A stretch of DNA of 63,066 bases, the filler included, from Octopus bimaculoides (taxonomy: Eukaryota), in NCBI RefSeq assembly GCF_001194135.2. It is 4 parts of 4 records of this genome, joined end to end, with 100 filler letters (N's around TTAATTAATTAA, not from the genome) between each part and the next. Parts side by side here need not be neighbours in the genome. Positions count along the whole stretch, not along the records: positions 1 to 8,821 come from NC_069009.1; positions 8,922 to 31,636 come from NC_068984.1; 2 more parts are not named here. One strand, given 5' to 3'. Of this stretch, positions 1 to 10,116 are shown one piece after another (position 1 is the stretch's first letter; every line of letters begins with the position of its first letter). The position numbers and the translations under genes are program-made. The notes beneath the pieces were generated by a model. The model was not told where the DNA came from. It saw only the letters and a program-made list of their open reading frames with translations, and did no database searches.

Positions 1-60
<60 letters not shown>

Positions 61-195
61 CATATATATATCAAAGTAATGCTTATCGCTACTTAAACAT
101 GGCTATTCCGTAAGAACCGAAGTCATTGCTATTTTTAACGCCAGGAGGACGCCTCCTCAGGGGAACGAACCCCCTATTATCTTCCAGTCACGGGA

Positions 196-240
196 CCACC
201 AGACCGTACGGTTTCGACCTCTTTGTCGTCATCCTCAAAT
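196..240 (-). ncRNA. Degenerate hammerhead-like motif (PLE pLTR type)
   Basis: Minus strand reads TTGAGGA-T-GAC-gacaaagag-GTC-GAAAC-CGTACG-GTC. Stem II is GAC/GTC and stem III is the perfect palindrome ACCGTACGGT. C3 is replaced by U and stem I does not pair. Confidence 0.4.
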
Positions 241-589
241 AGGAAATAGAAGCAGCGCTAATGAAATAAAACAACATCAAGCACATATACGTAACACCCA
301 CACTCTGTGTATTTGCCGGTTGGCTGCCAAATGGCGTGGTGGAGATTACTCTCTCAAATAGCAGAGTGTTGAAACACCTGAAGGTCATGGACAGGCGAGG
401 TAGCTCACCTTTAATCCCATTCCGGAGTGATGGACATCGATATTTTGCCATTTTTTTGGCTTATCAACATGACATACCCGATCGGGATCAGAGGCGAATC
501 ATATCGCCAATCCATTGTCATCATCATCATCATCATCATCATCAACTACATACACACACACACATACATACATACATATATATATATAT

Positions 590-900
590 AGGAGAATGTA
601 CGATAAAAAACAACAGACAAGGACAGGTGGTGTAAACAACAAAAGGATGTATTAGTTTGACGCTCAGGAATACAGAAAGTCTTTAACGTTTCGAGCTACG
701 CTCTTCAACAGAAAGAATACGGAGAAAACAAGGAGAAAAACACGGAGAAAAAAAATTGGATGGTGTTTGGTCAACGATCTATCATGGCTTCTGCGGAGTG
801 GCTACTTGACTACATAAAATATTCCTGCTCAAAATGTCTTCAAAATATTCTTCCTCCTACTAACGTGGAATAAAAACTTCGTATGATAGCATGAAATTAC
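590..900 (-). mobile_element. Penelope-like element 3' end / pseudo-LTR remnant
   Basis: Contains a hammerhead-like motif (680-716) in a pyrimidine-rich pLTR-like tail. Upstream sequence only weakly resembles a GIY-YIG C-terminus. Ends at an N-gap. Confidence 0.45.
680..716 (-). ncRNA. Minimal type I hammerhead-like motif with A6U core change
   Basis: Minus strand: TCTTT-CTGTTGA-A-GAG-cgtag-CTC-GAAAC-GTT-AAAGA. Stem I is 5 bp and stem II is 3 bp. Confidence 0.45.
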
Positions 901-1182
901 AACATTATGTNNNNNNNNNNNNNNNNNNNNNNNNNNNNNNNNNNNNNNNNNNNNNNNNNNNNNNNNNNNNNNNNNNNNNNNNNNNNNNNNNNNNNNNNNN
1001 NNNNNNNNNNNNNNNNNNNNNNNNNNNNNNNNNNNNNNNNNNNNNNNNNNNNNNNNNNNNNNNNNNNNNNNNNNNNNNNNNNNNNNNNNNNNNNNNNNNN
1101 NNNNNNNNNNNNNNNNNNNNNNNNNNNNNNNNNNNNNNNNNNNNNNNNNNNNNNNNNNNNNNNNNNNNNNNNNNNNNNNNNN

Positions 1183-1223
<41 letters not shown>

Positions 1224-1341
1224 GGTAAAGTAAATGTTAGAGGCAATACTTGACAATTGTAAGCACCTGTGTATGCCAGCTCGTGGTTGAGGTGAAAGAA
1301 TGAATTGTAAATGCAAAAAATAAAAACAAAAACACAAAGGA

Positions 1342-1414
1342 TTCTGCGGTACACGTGTTTCAAGCTTTATATCAGTGTATAATTGACAATACAAAGCTAT
1401 CTTCAGCCGCAAAA
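1342..1414 (-). ncRNA. Type I hammerhead ribozyme, intact catalytic core
   Basis: Minus strand: TTTTGCGG-CTGAAGA-TAGCTTTGTAT-tgtcaattatacactg-ATATAAAGCTT-GAAAC-ACGT-GTA-CCGCAGAA. Stem I is 8 bp (one G.U), stem II about 10 bp, stem III the palindrome ACACGTGT. Predicted cleavage after GUA, between 1350 and 1349. Confidence 0.8.
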
Positions 1415-1914
1415 GTATTTCTCTCCCAAGAAATTATATCACATCGGCGTTAAAGGAGGAAGAAAGGTGAGATATATAAGAGGTGAGGTTCCTTTTGGTA
1501 TTTTGCATTGTACTGTATATACATTGTACTATACCTCGTAGATACCCTGCCACGTCCATACCCGTCTATACCCTCCCACGATTCAGTGTTATATATATTC
1601 ATATATTCACATATCTGTATGTTGGCATATAGGACAATGCGCCGTATGTCTAAAATATGTGCCTGTATGTACATATGTGTATGTGTGCATATTTTGGATA
1701 TGTATGTGCGTCTAAGCAAGTGTGTGTGTGTGTGTGAATGCCGAAGAGTTGATGAGGCGCCATTTCTGAGTAATTTGTAATTTAGTAAGATGATATAGGT
1801 ACGGCTGGCTGGCTGGATGGCTGGCTGGCTGGTTGGCTGGCTGGTTGGTTGGCTGGATGGCAGGATGGTGAATTATTTTTTTTGTTACGTTCGTTCAGTG
1901 AAGATATAATAGAG

Positions 1915-2044
1915 TTCTTTCTCTCTCTCTCTCTCTGTCTCTCTCTCTCTCTATCTATCTGTCTGTCTATCATACATTACCAGAGAGGTAGAAAGATATT
2001 ACAGAGAGAAAAATAGACTGAGAAGGAAAGAGAGAGAGAGAGAA

Positions 2045-2076
<32 letters not shown>

Positions 2077-2838
2077 TGACAGACAAATAGAGAGAGCTAG
2101 GGAGAGAAAGAGAGACAGACAGGTAGATAGACCGACAGAAAGAAAGAGACAAGCGGTTTGATGGAGTGACTGATAGAGAAAGTGAGAGAGGGAGAGGGAG
2201 ACTGAGATTGAGAGAGAGACAGAGAGAGAGAGAGACAGAGAGAGAGAGACAGACAGACAGACAGAGAGAGGCAGTCATCCTGCCAGTTAGACAAACAGAC
2301 AAAGTGATAGGCAAAGAGAGAGAGAGAGGGGGGGGAGAAATAGACAGACAGAGACGAAGAAACGATGACAGACAGAAGCCGGCCGGCTGACAAATAAGAC
2401 ATGGAAGGCTGTGTTGGTGGTGGTGGTGAAAATGTGTGAAAAAAACTATTGAGTGAGAGAATGTGATGGAGAGGATAAGATTGAGGCGGGAGATAGATTG
2501 GAGGTGCGGTGGGAGAGAGGTTGAGATACAAAGTGATAGAAACGGCGAAAGGAAGAGAGACACAGAGAGAGAGAGTGAGAAAGAGAGACAGGTAGACAGA
2601 TGAACAGAGAGAAAAAGAGAGAGAGAAGAAGACAAAGGATGTGACAGAGAGAAGTTGATAGATAGAGATAGAGGGATAGACAAATAAGACATCTATATAT
2701 GCTTCTCTATGTCTGATAGACAGAGAGAGGAGAAAGAGAGAGAGAGAGAGAGAGAGTCGCAGAGAGAGAGAAAGAGAGAGTCGCAGAGAGAGAGAGGGGA
2801 AGAGAGCGGGTGATGTTCTTAAACAAAGAAAAAGACAG

Positions 2839-2895
<57 letters not shown>

Positions 2896-3640
2896 AATGT
2901 GTGTGACAGAGAGAGTGTATGTGTGTGATGATAATAGACAGATATATAGCCAGAAGAAAGAGAGGGAGAGCGAGAGAGAGAGAGAGAAAGAAAGAGGAAG
3001 CTGCTCATAGAGAAATAAACAGAACAGAAAGCGAGAGAGAGAGAAAGAGGGGGGTGACATCAAAAAGGATAGACTGATAGGACAGTGAGAGAAAGACAAT
3101 GAGACACAAATAAAACTGAGAGAGGAGCCGAAGGAGGGAGAAAGAGAGGAAGGAAAAGAGAGGGAGAATAGTAGGCTGATGGAAAGATAAAGAAATAGTA
3201 CAGACAGAAAGAGAGAGAGAGTGGGGGGAGGGAAGAAATGATGGCAGATTGAAGCAAGCTGACTGACAGACAAGAAAGACAGGACTAATAGAGAGAGGGG
3301 TAGGGAGAGTGAGCTAAGAGAGAGAGAGGGTGTGAAGAGAGTGAGGAAGCAGACGAGAGAGTGAGGGAGCAGATGAGAGAGTGAGGTAGAAGACGAGAGA
3401 GTGAGGGAGCAGACGAGAGAGTGAGGGAGCAGACGAGAGAGTGAGGTAGCAGACGAGAGAGTGAGGGAGCAGACGAGAGAGTGGGCGTTAAAGAGAAAGA
3501 CAGACAGACTGAAGAGAAACGCAAGAAGGGGAGGGGATGAGAAGATTACGAGCTGGAAGATGTTAGAACGACAAACATTCAGAAAGTTAGACTGGTAGAT
3601 TGGTTGGAAGATTGGCGGGGAGATAGACTGATGCATAAGT
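1915..3640. repeat. Long (AG)n/(AGAC)n purine-rich simple-repeat tract
   Basis: Direct reading. Explains the Ser/Leu-rich minus-strand ORFs. Confidence 0.95.
3349..3483 (+). repeat. 20-bp minisatellite (gcagacgagagagtgaggga), about 7 copies
   Basis: Tandem near-identical units read directly. Confidence 0.85.
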
Positions 3641-3724
3641 ATGGAGAAAGATGGCTAAAACGTATGTAAAACACATACATATACATAAATATATACATAA
3701 ATATATACGTTATATATATGTTAC

Positions 3725-3786
3725 ATGCGCAGGAGGGGCTGTGTGGTAAGAAGCTTGCTTACCGACCACATGGTTCCGGGTTCATT
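3725..3786 (+). mobile_element. SINE family A head (tRNA-derived), truncated by gap
   Basis: gcgcaggaggggctgtgtggtaag...catggttccgggttca matches the heads of other copies in the window. Confidence 0.75.
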
Positions 3787-3944
3787 NNNNNNNNNNNNNN
3801 NNNNNNNNNNNNNNNNNNNNNNNNNNNNNNNNNNNNNNNNNNNNNNNNNNNNNNNNNNNNNNNNNNNNNNNNNNNNNNNNNNNNNNTATATATATATATA
3901 TATATATATATATGCATACACACACACACATATACACATACATA

Positions 3945-4814
3945 CAGGATGCAATAATTAAATTGTCGCCACTTTATATTTTTGATTTCATGCATGTGCA
4001 TTGTTTTTCTTCGATTTTGTTGACTACACAGTATAGTAGGGTCAGTTGGGCACAGTCTGTGAGAAACCAGCACCATGACGAAATTCACTCTGCTAGAAAT
4101 TTGGAAACGACATGCTGTACTGCTTGGCACTCATGCCAGAATCTCCAATACGAACATTTCAGAGTGTTTGGGTGTCAATCTGAGGACATGTACCGAGAGT
4201 TATAAAAATCAAACATCCAGTCAACATCATGGTGTTTGGAGTGATCACTACTGATAGTGATGTTATGCCTCTATTCATCTTGCCACATGGCCTCACACTC
4301 AACATGGAGGCTTACATCAAGTGCCTGAAGGCGGTAGTGCTGCTCTGGGTCAAGATGGTGGCTGCTGGAAGACCCTATGTTTGGCAACAAGACTCTGCAC
4401 CATGTCGTACAAGCAGAACTCAGTCATGGTTGTCAGACAATTTCTGCAACCACATCACCCCTAACATCTGGCCACGTAACTCCCCAGACTACAACCCCTT
4501 TGATTATTATGTGTAGGGCACAGTTGAGCGAAAGACCAATAAAACTCCTTGTAACATCAAAGATGAACTGAAGGCAAGGATTATAGCGGCTTTCACCAAC
4601 TTAAACAAGGTGACCATCCAGAAGAATTGCAGGAGATTCTGAAGTCGTCTGGAGACCGTGGTTGAAGCCAATGGCGATTTTATTGAATACATTTACTCTT
4701 TAGCATTTCAAGATATTTTTATGTAATTTTAGGAAATATATCTGTTAAAATGAGATGTCAGTGTTATTTTTTATTTTTGTGTAATTTAGATGACAGTTTA
4801 TTCACCGCACCCTG
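3945..4814 (+). mobile_element. Tc1/mariner superfamily, maT (DD37D)-like, internally deleted
   Basis: TA on both flanks and imperfect 23-bp TIRs (17/23). N-terminal remnant from ATG 4075 is joined to a catalytic remnant YVWQQDSAPC...WPRNSPDYNPFDYYV. There are 36 residues between the 2nd and 3rd Asp, consistent with DD37D minus one codon. In-frame stops are present. Confidence 0.85.
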
Positions 4815-5815
4815 TATGTATATATATATATATATATAAATGAAATATTCAAACACTGAGATTTGCAGTTAGATGTCACTACTGTTCATATCATCTGTGG
4901 ATAAATTCAAAATTTGATGATATCACCAGTAGTAGCATTGGTGGAACGCAGTTATGATAGCTNNNNNNNNNNNNNNNNNNNNNNNNNNNNNNNNNNNNNN
5001 NNNNNNNNNNNNNNNNNNNNNNNNNNNNNNNNNNNNNNNNNNNNNNNNNNNNNNNNNNNNNNNNNNNNNNNNNNNNNNNNNNNNNNNNNNNNNNNNNNNN
5101 NNNNNNNNNNNNNNNNNNNNNNNNNNNNNNNNNNNNNNNNNNNNNNNNNNNNNNNNNNNNNNNNNNNNNNNNNNNNNNNNNNNNNNNNNNNNNNNNNNNN
5201 NNNNNNNNNNNNNNNNNNNNNNNNNNNNNNNNNNNNNNNNNNNNNNNNNNNNNNNNNNNNNNNNNNNNNNNNNNNNNNNNNNNNNNNNNNNNNNNNNNNN
5301 NNNNNNNNNNNNNNNNNNNNNNNNNNNNNNNNNNNNNNNNNNNNNNNNNNNNNNNNNNNNNNNNNNNNNNNNNNNNNNNNNNNNNNNNNNNNNNNNNNNN
5401 NNNNNNNNNNNNNNNNNNNNNNNNNNNNNNNNNNNNNNNNNNNNNNNNNNNNNNNNNNNNNNNNNNNNNNNNNNNNNNNNNNNNNNNNNNNNNNNNNNNN
5501 NNNNNNNNNNNNNNNNNNNNNNNNNNNNNNNNNNNNNNNNNNNNNNNNNNNNNNNNNNNNNNNNNNNNNNNNNNNNNNNNNNNNNNNNNNNNNNNNNNNN
5601 NNNNNNNNNNNNNNNNNNNNNNNNNNNNNNNNNNNNNNNNNNNNNNNNNNNNNNNNNNNNNNNNNNNNNNNNNNNNNNNNNNNNNNNNNNNNNNNNNNNN
5701 NNNNNNNNNNNNNNNNNNNNNNNNNNNNNNNNNNNNNNNNNNNNNNNNNNNNNNNNNNNNNNNNNNNNNNNNNNNNNNNNNNNGGAGTCGGAGAAGCTGT
5801 AGTAGCAAGGGAGGG

Positions 5816-5849
<34 letters not shown>

Positions 5850-5852
<3 letters not shown>

Positions 5853-6130
5853 GGAAACTGCTGTGAACAAATTGGTCGATATTTAAGAGTACGTATGGAA
5901 CAGGAAATGCTAGTTAAAGCTATAGTCTGTTCTCTCAGGGTTTTCTGGTTCATAGGAGTAAAGGGGCTGTTTAGAGGTTGTTTATTTTCAGTGCTGGTCC
6001 TGGTAATGGACTGTGAGGGTGTGTGTTTGCAGGGAGGGGCTGTTTTTACCAGGGAGTTGTGTATAGTTTGCTGTTTTTGTTTCCAAGGGGACGTTTCTTT
6101 TCGTGAAAGGTTTCTTTGCAAGCTGGTTAC
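5850..6130 (-). mobile_element. Possible decayed PLE RT-endonuclease linker fragment
   Basis: Frame-shifted translation loosely resembles a PLE linker (RNVPL...PLL...P.N). Weak. Confidence 0.25.
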
Positions 6131-6277
6131 ACAAACACAGATGCACATAAATATATGTATTTGTGTCTGTCTGTATGTATGTATGTATGTGTGTGTGTGT
6201 GTATATATATAAATATATATTCACACACAGACACACATATATATATATAAAAGTATATATATAAATATATATATACT

Positions 6278-6430
6278 TTTTTCAGTTTCTGTCTACCAAA
6301 TCCACTCACAAGGCTTTGGTCAGCCTGAGGCTATAGTAGAATACATATGGCCAAGGTGCCATGCAGTGGGCCTGAACCCAGGACCATGTCATTGGGAAGC
6401 AAGCTTCTGACCACACAACCACACCTATTC
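6278..6430 (-). mobile_element. SINE family A head plus CORE-like body
   Basis: Reverse complement of the head and of GGCACCTTGG...CTATAGCCTC...GAGTGGATTTGGTAGAC. Confidence 0.8.
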
Positions 6431-6615
6431 TTGACCGATGCCTGGTCAAGCTGCGAACGCAAACCCAGGTGAAGCTGACCGCTGGTGCAATGACCTCACG
6501 CCCAGGTATTTCTGATATTTGGGATGGGCAATGGTCAGTGATGGTCTTGCATGTTCAGCAGTGGACAGCCATCATCATTTCATTCATATATGTATGTCCG
6601 CTCAATCATGTGATA

Positions 6616-6830
6616 TCATCATCATCATCATCGTCGTTTAACATCCGCTTTCCATGCTAGCATGGGTTGGACGATTTGACTGAGGACTGGTGAACCAGAT
6701 GGCTACACCAGGCTCCAATCTGATTTGGCAGACTTTCTACAGCTGGATACCTTTCCTAACGCCAACCACTCCGAGAGTGTAGTGGGTACTTTTTATGTGC
6801 CACCAGCACGAGCGCCAGTCAGGCGGTTTG
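6616..6830 (-). mobile_element. SINE-like family D (RTE-related body/tail, (GAT)n end)
   Basis: Reverse complement GTGGTTGGCGTTAGGAAAGGTATCCAGCTGTAG...CCAACCCATGCTAGCATGGAAAGCGGATGTTAAACGAC, followed by GAT repeats. Repeated several times in the window. Confidence 0.8.
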
Positions 6831-7242
6831 CTAAATAAAATTCGAAACCTAGGTATGACCGTAANNNNNNNNNNNNNNNNNNNNNNNNNNNNNNNNNNNN
6901 NNNNNNNNNNNNNNNNNNNNNNNNNNNNNNNNNNNNNNNNNNNNNNNNNNNNNNNNNNNNNNNNNNNNNNNNNNNNNNNNNNNNNNNNNNNNNNNNNNNN
7001 NNNNNNNNNNNNNNNNNNNNNNNNNNNNNNNNNNNNNNNNNNNNNNNNNNNNNNNNNNNNNNNNNNNNNNNNNNNNNNNNNNNNNNNNNNNNNNNNNNNN
7101 NNNNNNNNNNNNNNNNNNNNNNNNNNNNNNNNNNNNNNNNNNNNNNNNNNNNNNNNNNNNNNNNNNNNNNNNNNNNNNNNNNNNNNNNNNNNNNNNNNNN
7201 NNNNNNNNNNNNNNNNNNNNNNNNNNNNNNNNNNNNNNNNNN

Positions 7243-7289
<47 letters not shown>

Positions 7290-7344
7290 GTATATATATA
7301 CATATATATATATATATATGTGAATGATAAGTTTACATGCTGTA

Positions 7345-7492
7345 TTCATCTACCAAGTTCACTTACAAGGCATTCCTTAGCTGCCCAAGGGAATAAGTAA
7401 AAGACACTGGCCCAAGGTCTGGCATGGTGGGATTGAAATCAAAGCCTTGTGGTTGCAAAGCTAGCTTCTTAACCACACAGCCATGCCTGCAC
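7345..7492 (-). mobile_element. SINE family A, diverged 5' half
   Basis: Similarity to copies at 6278 and 16388. Confidence 0.6.
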
Positions 7493-7539
7493 CCTATGGC
7501 ACCTGTGACTCTATGGCACCTTGACCACAATCAACATTA

Positions 7540-8260
7540 ATGCCATCACCACCACCACTCCATCTCAGGATTCCACAGTGTGGGTGTGGTTGTGGTTGTA
7601 GTAGTGATAGTGGTGGTATCATAGTAGTGTTGTTGAAGTGTTCTAGCAATGGTAGTGTAGTAGTGCTGTAGCAGTGTTGTGGCAGTGTTGTCGAAGTGTA
7701 TTGTGTTGGTGTTGTAAGCAGTGTTGTGGTGATGTTATAACAGTGTTTCAATGGTGTTATAGCAGTGTTCTGGTGGTACGTCAGCAGTGTTGTAGCAGTG
7801 TTGCAGAAGTGTTCTACTGGAGCTGTAGCAGTGTTGCAGTAGTGTTCTGGTGGTGCGTTAGCACTGTTGTGGTGGCGTGGTAACAGTGTTGTAGTACTGT
7901 TTCGATAAGATTGTAGCAGTGTTCTGGTAGTGTTGCAGCAGTGTTGTAGAAGTGTATTGTGTTGGTGTTGTAAGCAGTGTTGTCGAAGTGTTATAGAAGT
8001 ATTGTATTGGTGCTGTAGCATTGTTGTGGTAGTATTATAGCAGTGTTTTGGTGGTGTGTTAGCAGTGTTGTAACAGTGTTCTACTAGTGTTGTAGTAGTG
8101 TTCTGGTGCTGTGTAGTACTAGCAGTGTTGTAGTACTGTTCTGGTAAGGTTGTTGCAGTGTTCTGAGGTATTGTAGTGGTGTTATAGTTGTGTCTTATGG
8201 TATGTTGTAATGCACTGCGCAGTTGTAGTAGTGTTGTGGTAGTGTTGTTGCAGTGTCTTG
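7540..8260. repeat. Degenerate GTA/GTT/GTG-derived low-complexity repeat
   Basis: Recurrent gcagtgttgt motifs with an internal duplication near 7685 and 7945. Confidence 0.85.
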
Positions 8261-8921
8261 TTCTGTATGTGGCGCGTGTGTGTGTGTTTACGTTGCAGTA
8301 GACAGTCCCTGTGATAAAAAGGTTACTGACCCCTACTGGTCTTGCGGAAGGCAGCCCCCTGTGGATTGTGTGTGGGTGTCGTTAGTTAACGAAGTCTTTG
8401 ACCTCTCATTAGTGTTTCACTAATCAATAAGTTACTTCACAGTTTGATCTCCTCTTGATGTAGACATTTGTCCAAGTTCTTCCAGAAGACTGTCTTCTGC
8501 AAAAAACAAAACAAAACAAAATAAATGAAATAATAATAATAATGATGATAATAATAATAATAATAATAATCATCATCATCGTTTAACGTCCGCCTTCCAT
8601 GCTAGCATGGGTTGGACGATTTGACTGGGGACTGGCTAAGCATTTCATCCAGCGTGCTAACGATTTTGCCAGCTCACCACCATAATAATGATGATAATAA
8701 TAATAATAATAATGATGATGATGATAATAGTAATTTAATTCTTTATTGCCCACAAGGAGCTAAACATAGAGGGGACAAACAAGGACAGATAAAGGGACTT
8801 AGTCGATTACATTGATCCCCANNNNNNNNNNNNNNNNNNNNNNNNNNNNNNNNNNNNNNNNNNNNTTAATTAATTAANNNNNNNNNNNNNNNNNNNNNNN
8901 NNNNNNNNNNNNNNNNNNNNN

Positions 8922-8950
<29 letters not shown>

Positions 8951-8953
<3 letters not shown>

Positions 8954-9105
8954 GGCTTCTTTCAGTTTCCATTTACCAAATCCATTCACAAGGCTTTAGT
9001 TGACCTGAGGCTTTAGTAAAAGACTAAAAGACACTTGACTAAGGCACCACACCGTAGGAGTGAACCCAAAATCATGTGGTTTGGAAGCAAACTTCTTGCC
9101 ATACA
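8951..9105 (-). mobile_element. SINE family A 5' half
   Basis: ggcttctttcagtttcc...caaatccattcacaaggc...catgtggtttggaagc. Confidence 0.75.
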
Positions 9106-9149
9106 ATTCTGAAAAAATTAATAGCGAAAAGCAAATGAGTGCTACTTAC

Positions 9150-9390
9150 AAAGAACCTGTGTCGGTACTGTGTTAACGCACCGGTGCCAGTACTGTGTAA
9201 ACGCACCTGTGCTGGTAACACATAAAAAGCACCCAGCACACTCTGTTGAATAGCATCCACCTATAGAAACCATGCCACAACAGACAGATGGAATCCTGGT
9301 AACTCTCTACTAGCCAGCTCCATGTCAACCGTCCAATCCATGCCAGCATGGAGATCGGATATTAAACAATGGTAATGATGATGATGATGG
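9150..9390 (+). mobile_element. SINE-like family D copy
   Basis: cacataaaaagcaccc...agcatccacctatagaaac...ccaatccatgccagcatgg...(GAT)n. Confidence 0.65.
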
Positions 9391-9857
9391 TGGTGGTGGT
9401 GGCAGTGGTGGTGGCGGCGGTGGTGGTNNNNNNNNNNNNNNNNNNNNNNNNNNNNNNNNNNNNNNNNNNNNNNNNNNNNNNNNNNNNNNTGGTGGTGATA
9501 ATATGTGGAAATTATCAACAAACAAACAAACAAATATAAAAATATATATCAAGCAAATTTGGAAACTAATGATTCAAATATGCGGGAATTAGCAGCACAT
9601 GTGGAAATTAATTAACAAGAAACAAATGTTGAAATTAACAAACAAACAAACAAACAAACAAACAAACGTGGAAACAAAATCATCACCAAACGAATGTGGA
9701 AACTAACAATAAACCAGTGTGAAAATTAAACAGCAAATGAGAAAATTATAAACGAAAGCTTGATGAAAATTAAAAACAAAACAAATGCAAATCAGTGAGA
9801 TCGAATAAATTGTTAATTAACTTAGAAGTAAATGGTGATAATATTCTTATATTTTAA

Positions 9858-10079
9858 CTCTTTAGCATTTAAACCTGGCAAATCCAATCTAAAATGCTCT
9901 ATTTGTTTTATGCTCAAACTAGCCAGATCTGGCCTGTCACACCTACCTAACAATGTCATTCAAGGCATAAACAATCACATTGTGTAAATCTCAAAGCTAC
10001 AAGATAATGCATAATTTATTTGAAAACAATATAAATAAATACACATAATAAAGGACAAAGTAATCTGAATGCTAAAGGG
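9858..10079. mobile_element. piggyBac-like MITE
   Basis: TTAA at 9854-9857 and 10080-10083. Terminal inverted repeats ctctttagcattta / tgaatgctaaaggg (12/14). No ORF. Confidence 0.7.
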
Positions 10080-10116
10080 TTAAACAATAAAAACATATAG
10101 AAATGAAGAATGTATA

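Noticed and set aside
3349-3483. Regular repeat arrays considered as CRISPR-like (also 22905-23155, 26335-26610)
   Set aside because: Head-to-tail units without unique spacers, in eukaryotic context with no cas genes.
3505-3525. CTGAAGAGAAACGC
   Set aside because: No stem II and embedded in an AG-rich simple repeat.
6838-6862. GAAAC-CTAG-GTA-TGACC, hammerhead 3' half
   Set aside because: No CUGANGA or stem I partner upstream, and an N-gap follows.
7494-8021. 175-aa Thr/Leu/His-rich minus-strand ORF
   Set aside because: Translation of a degenerate trinucleotide-derived repeat, with no domain or splice support.
8866-8877. TTAATTAATTAA island inside N runs (also 31681-31692 and 56718-56729)
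   Set aside because: An identical 12-mer with stops in all six frames, flanked by Ns three times, is an assembly spacer, not biology.
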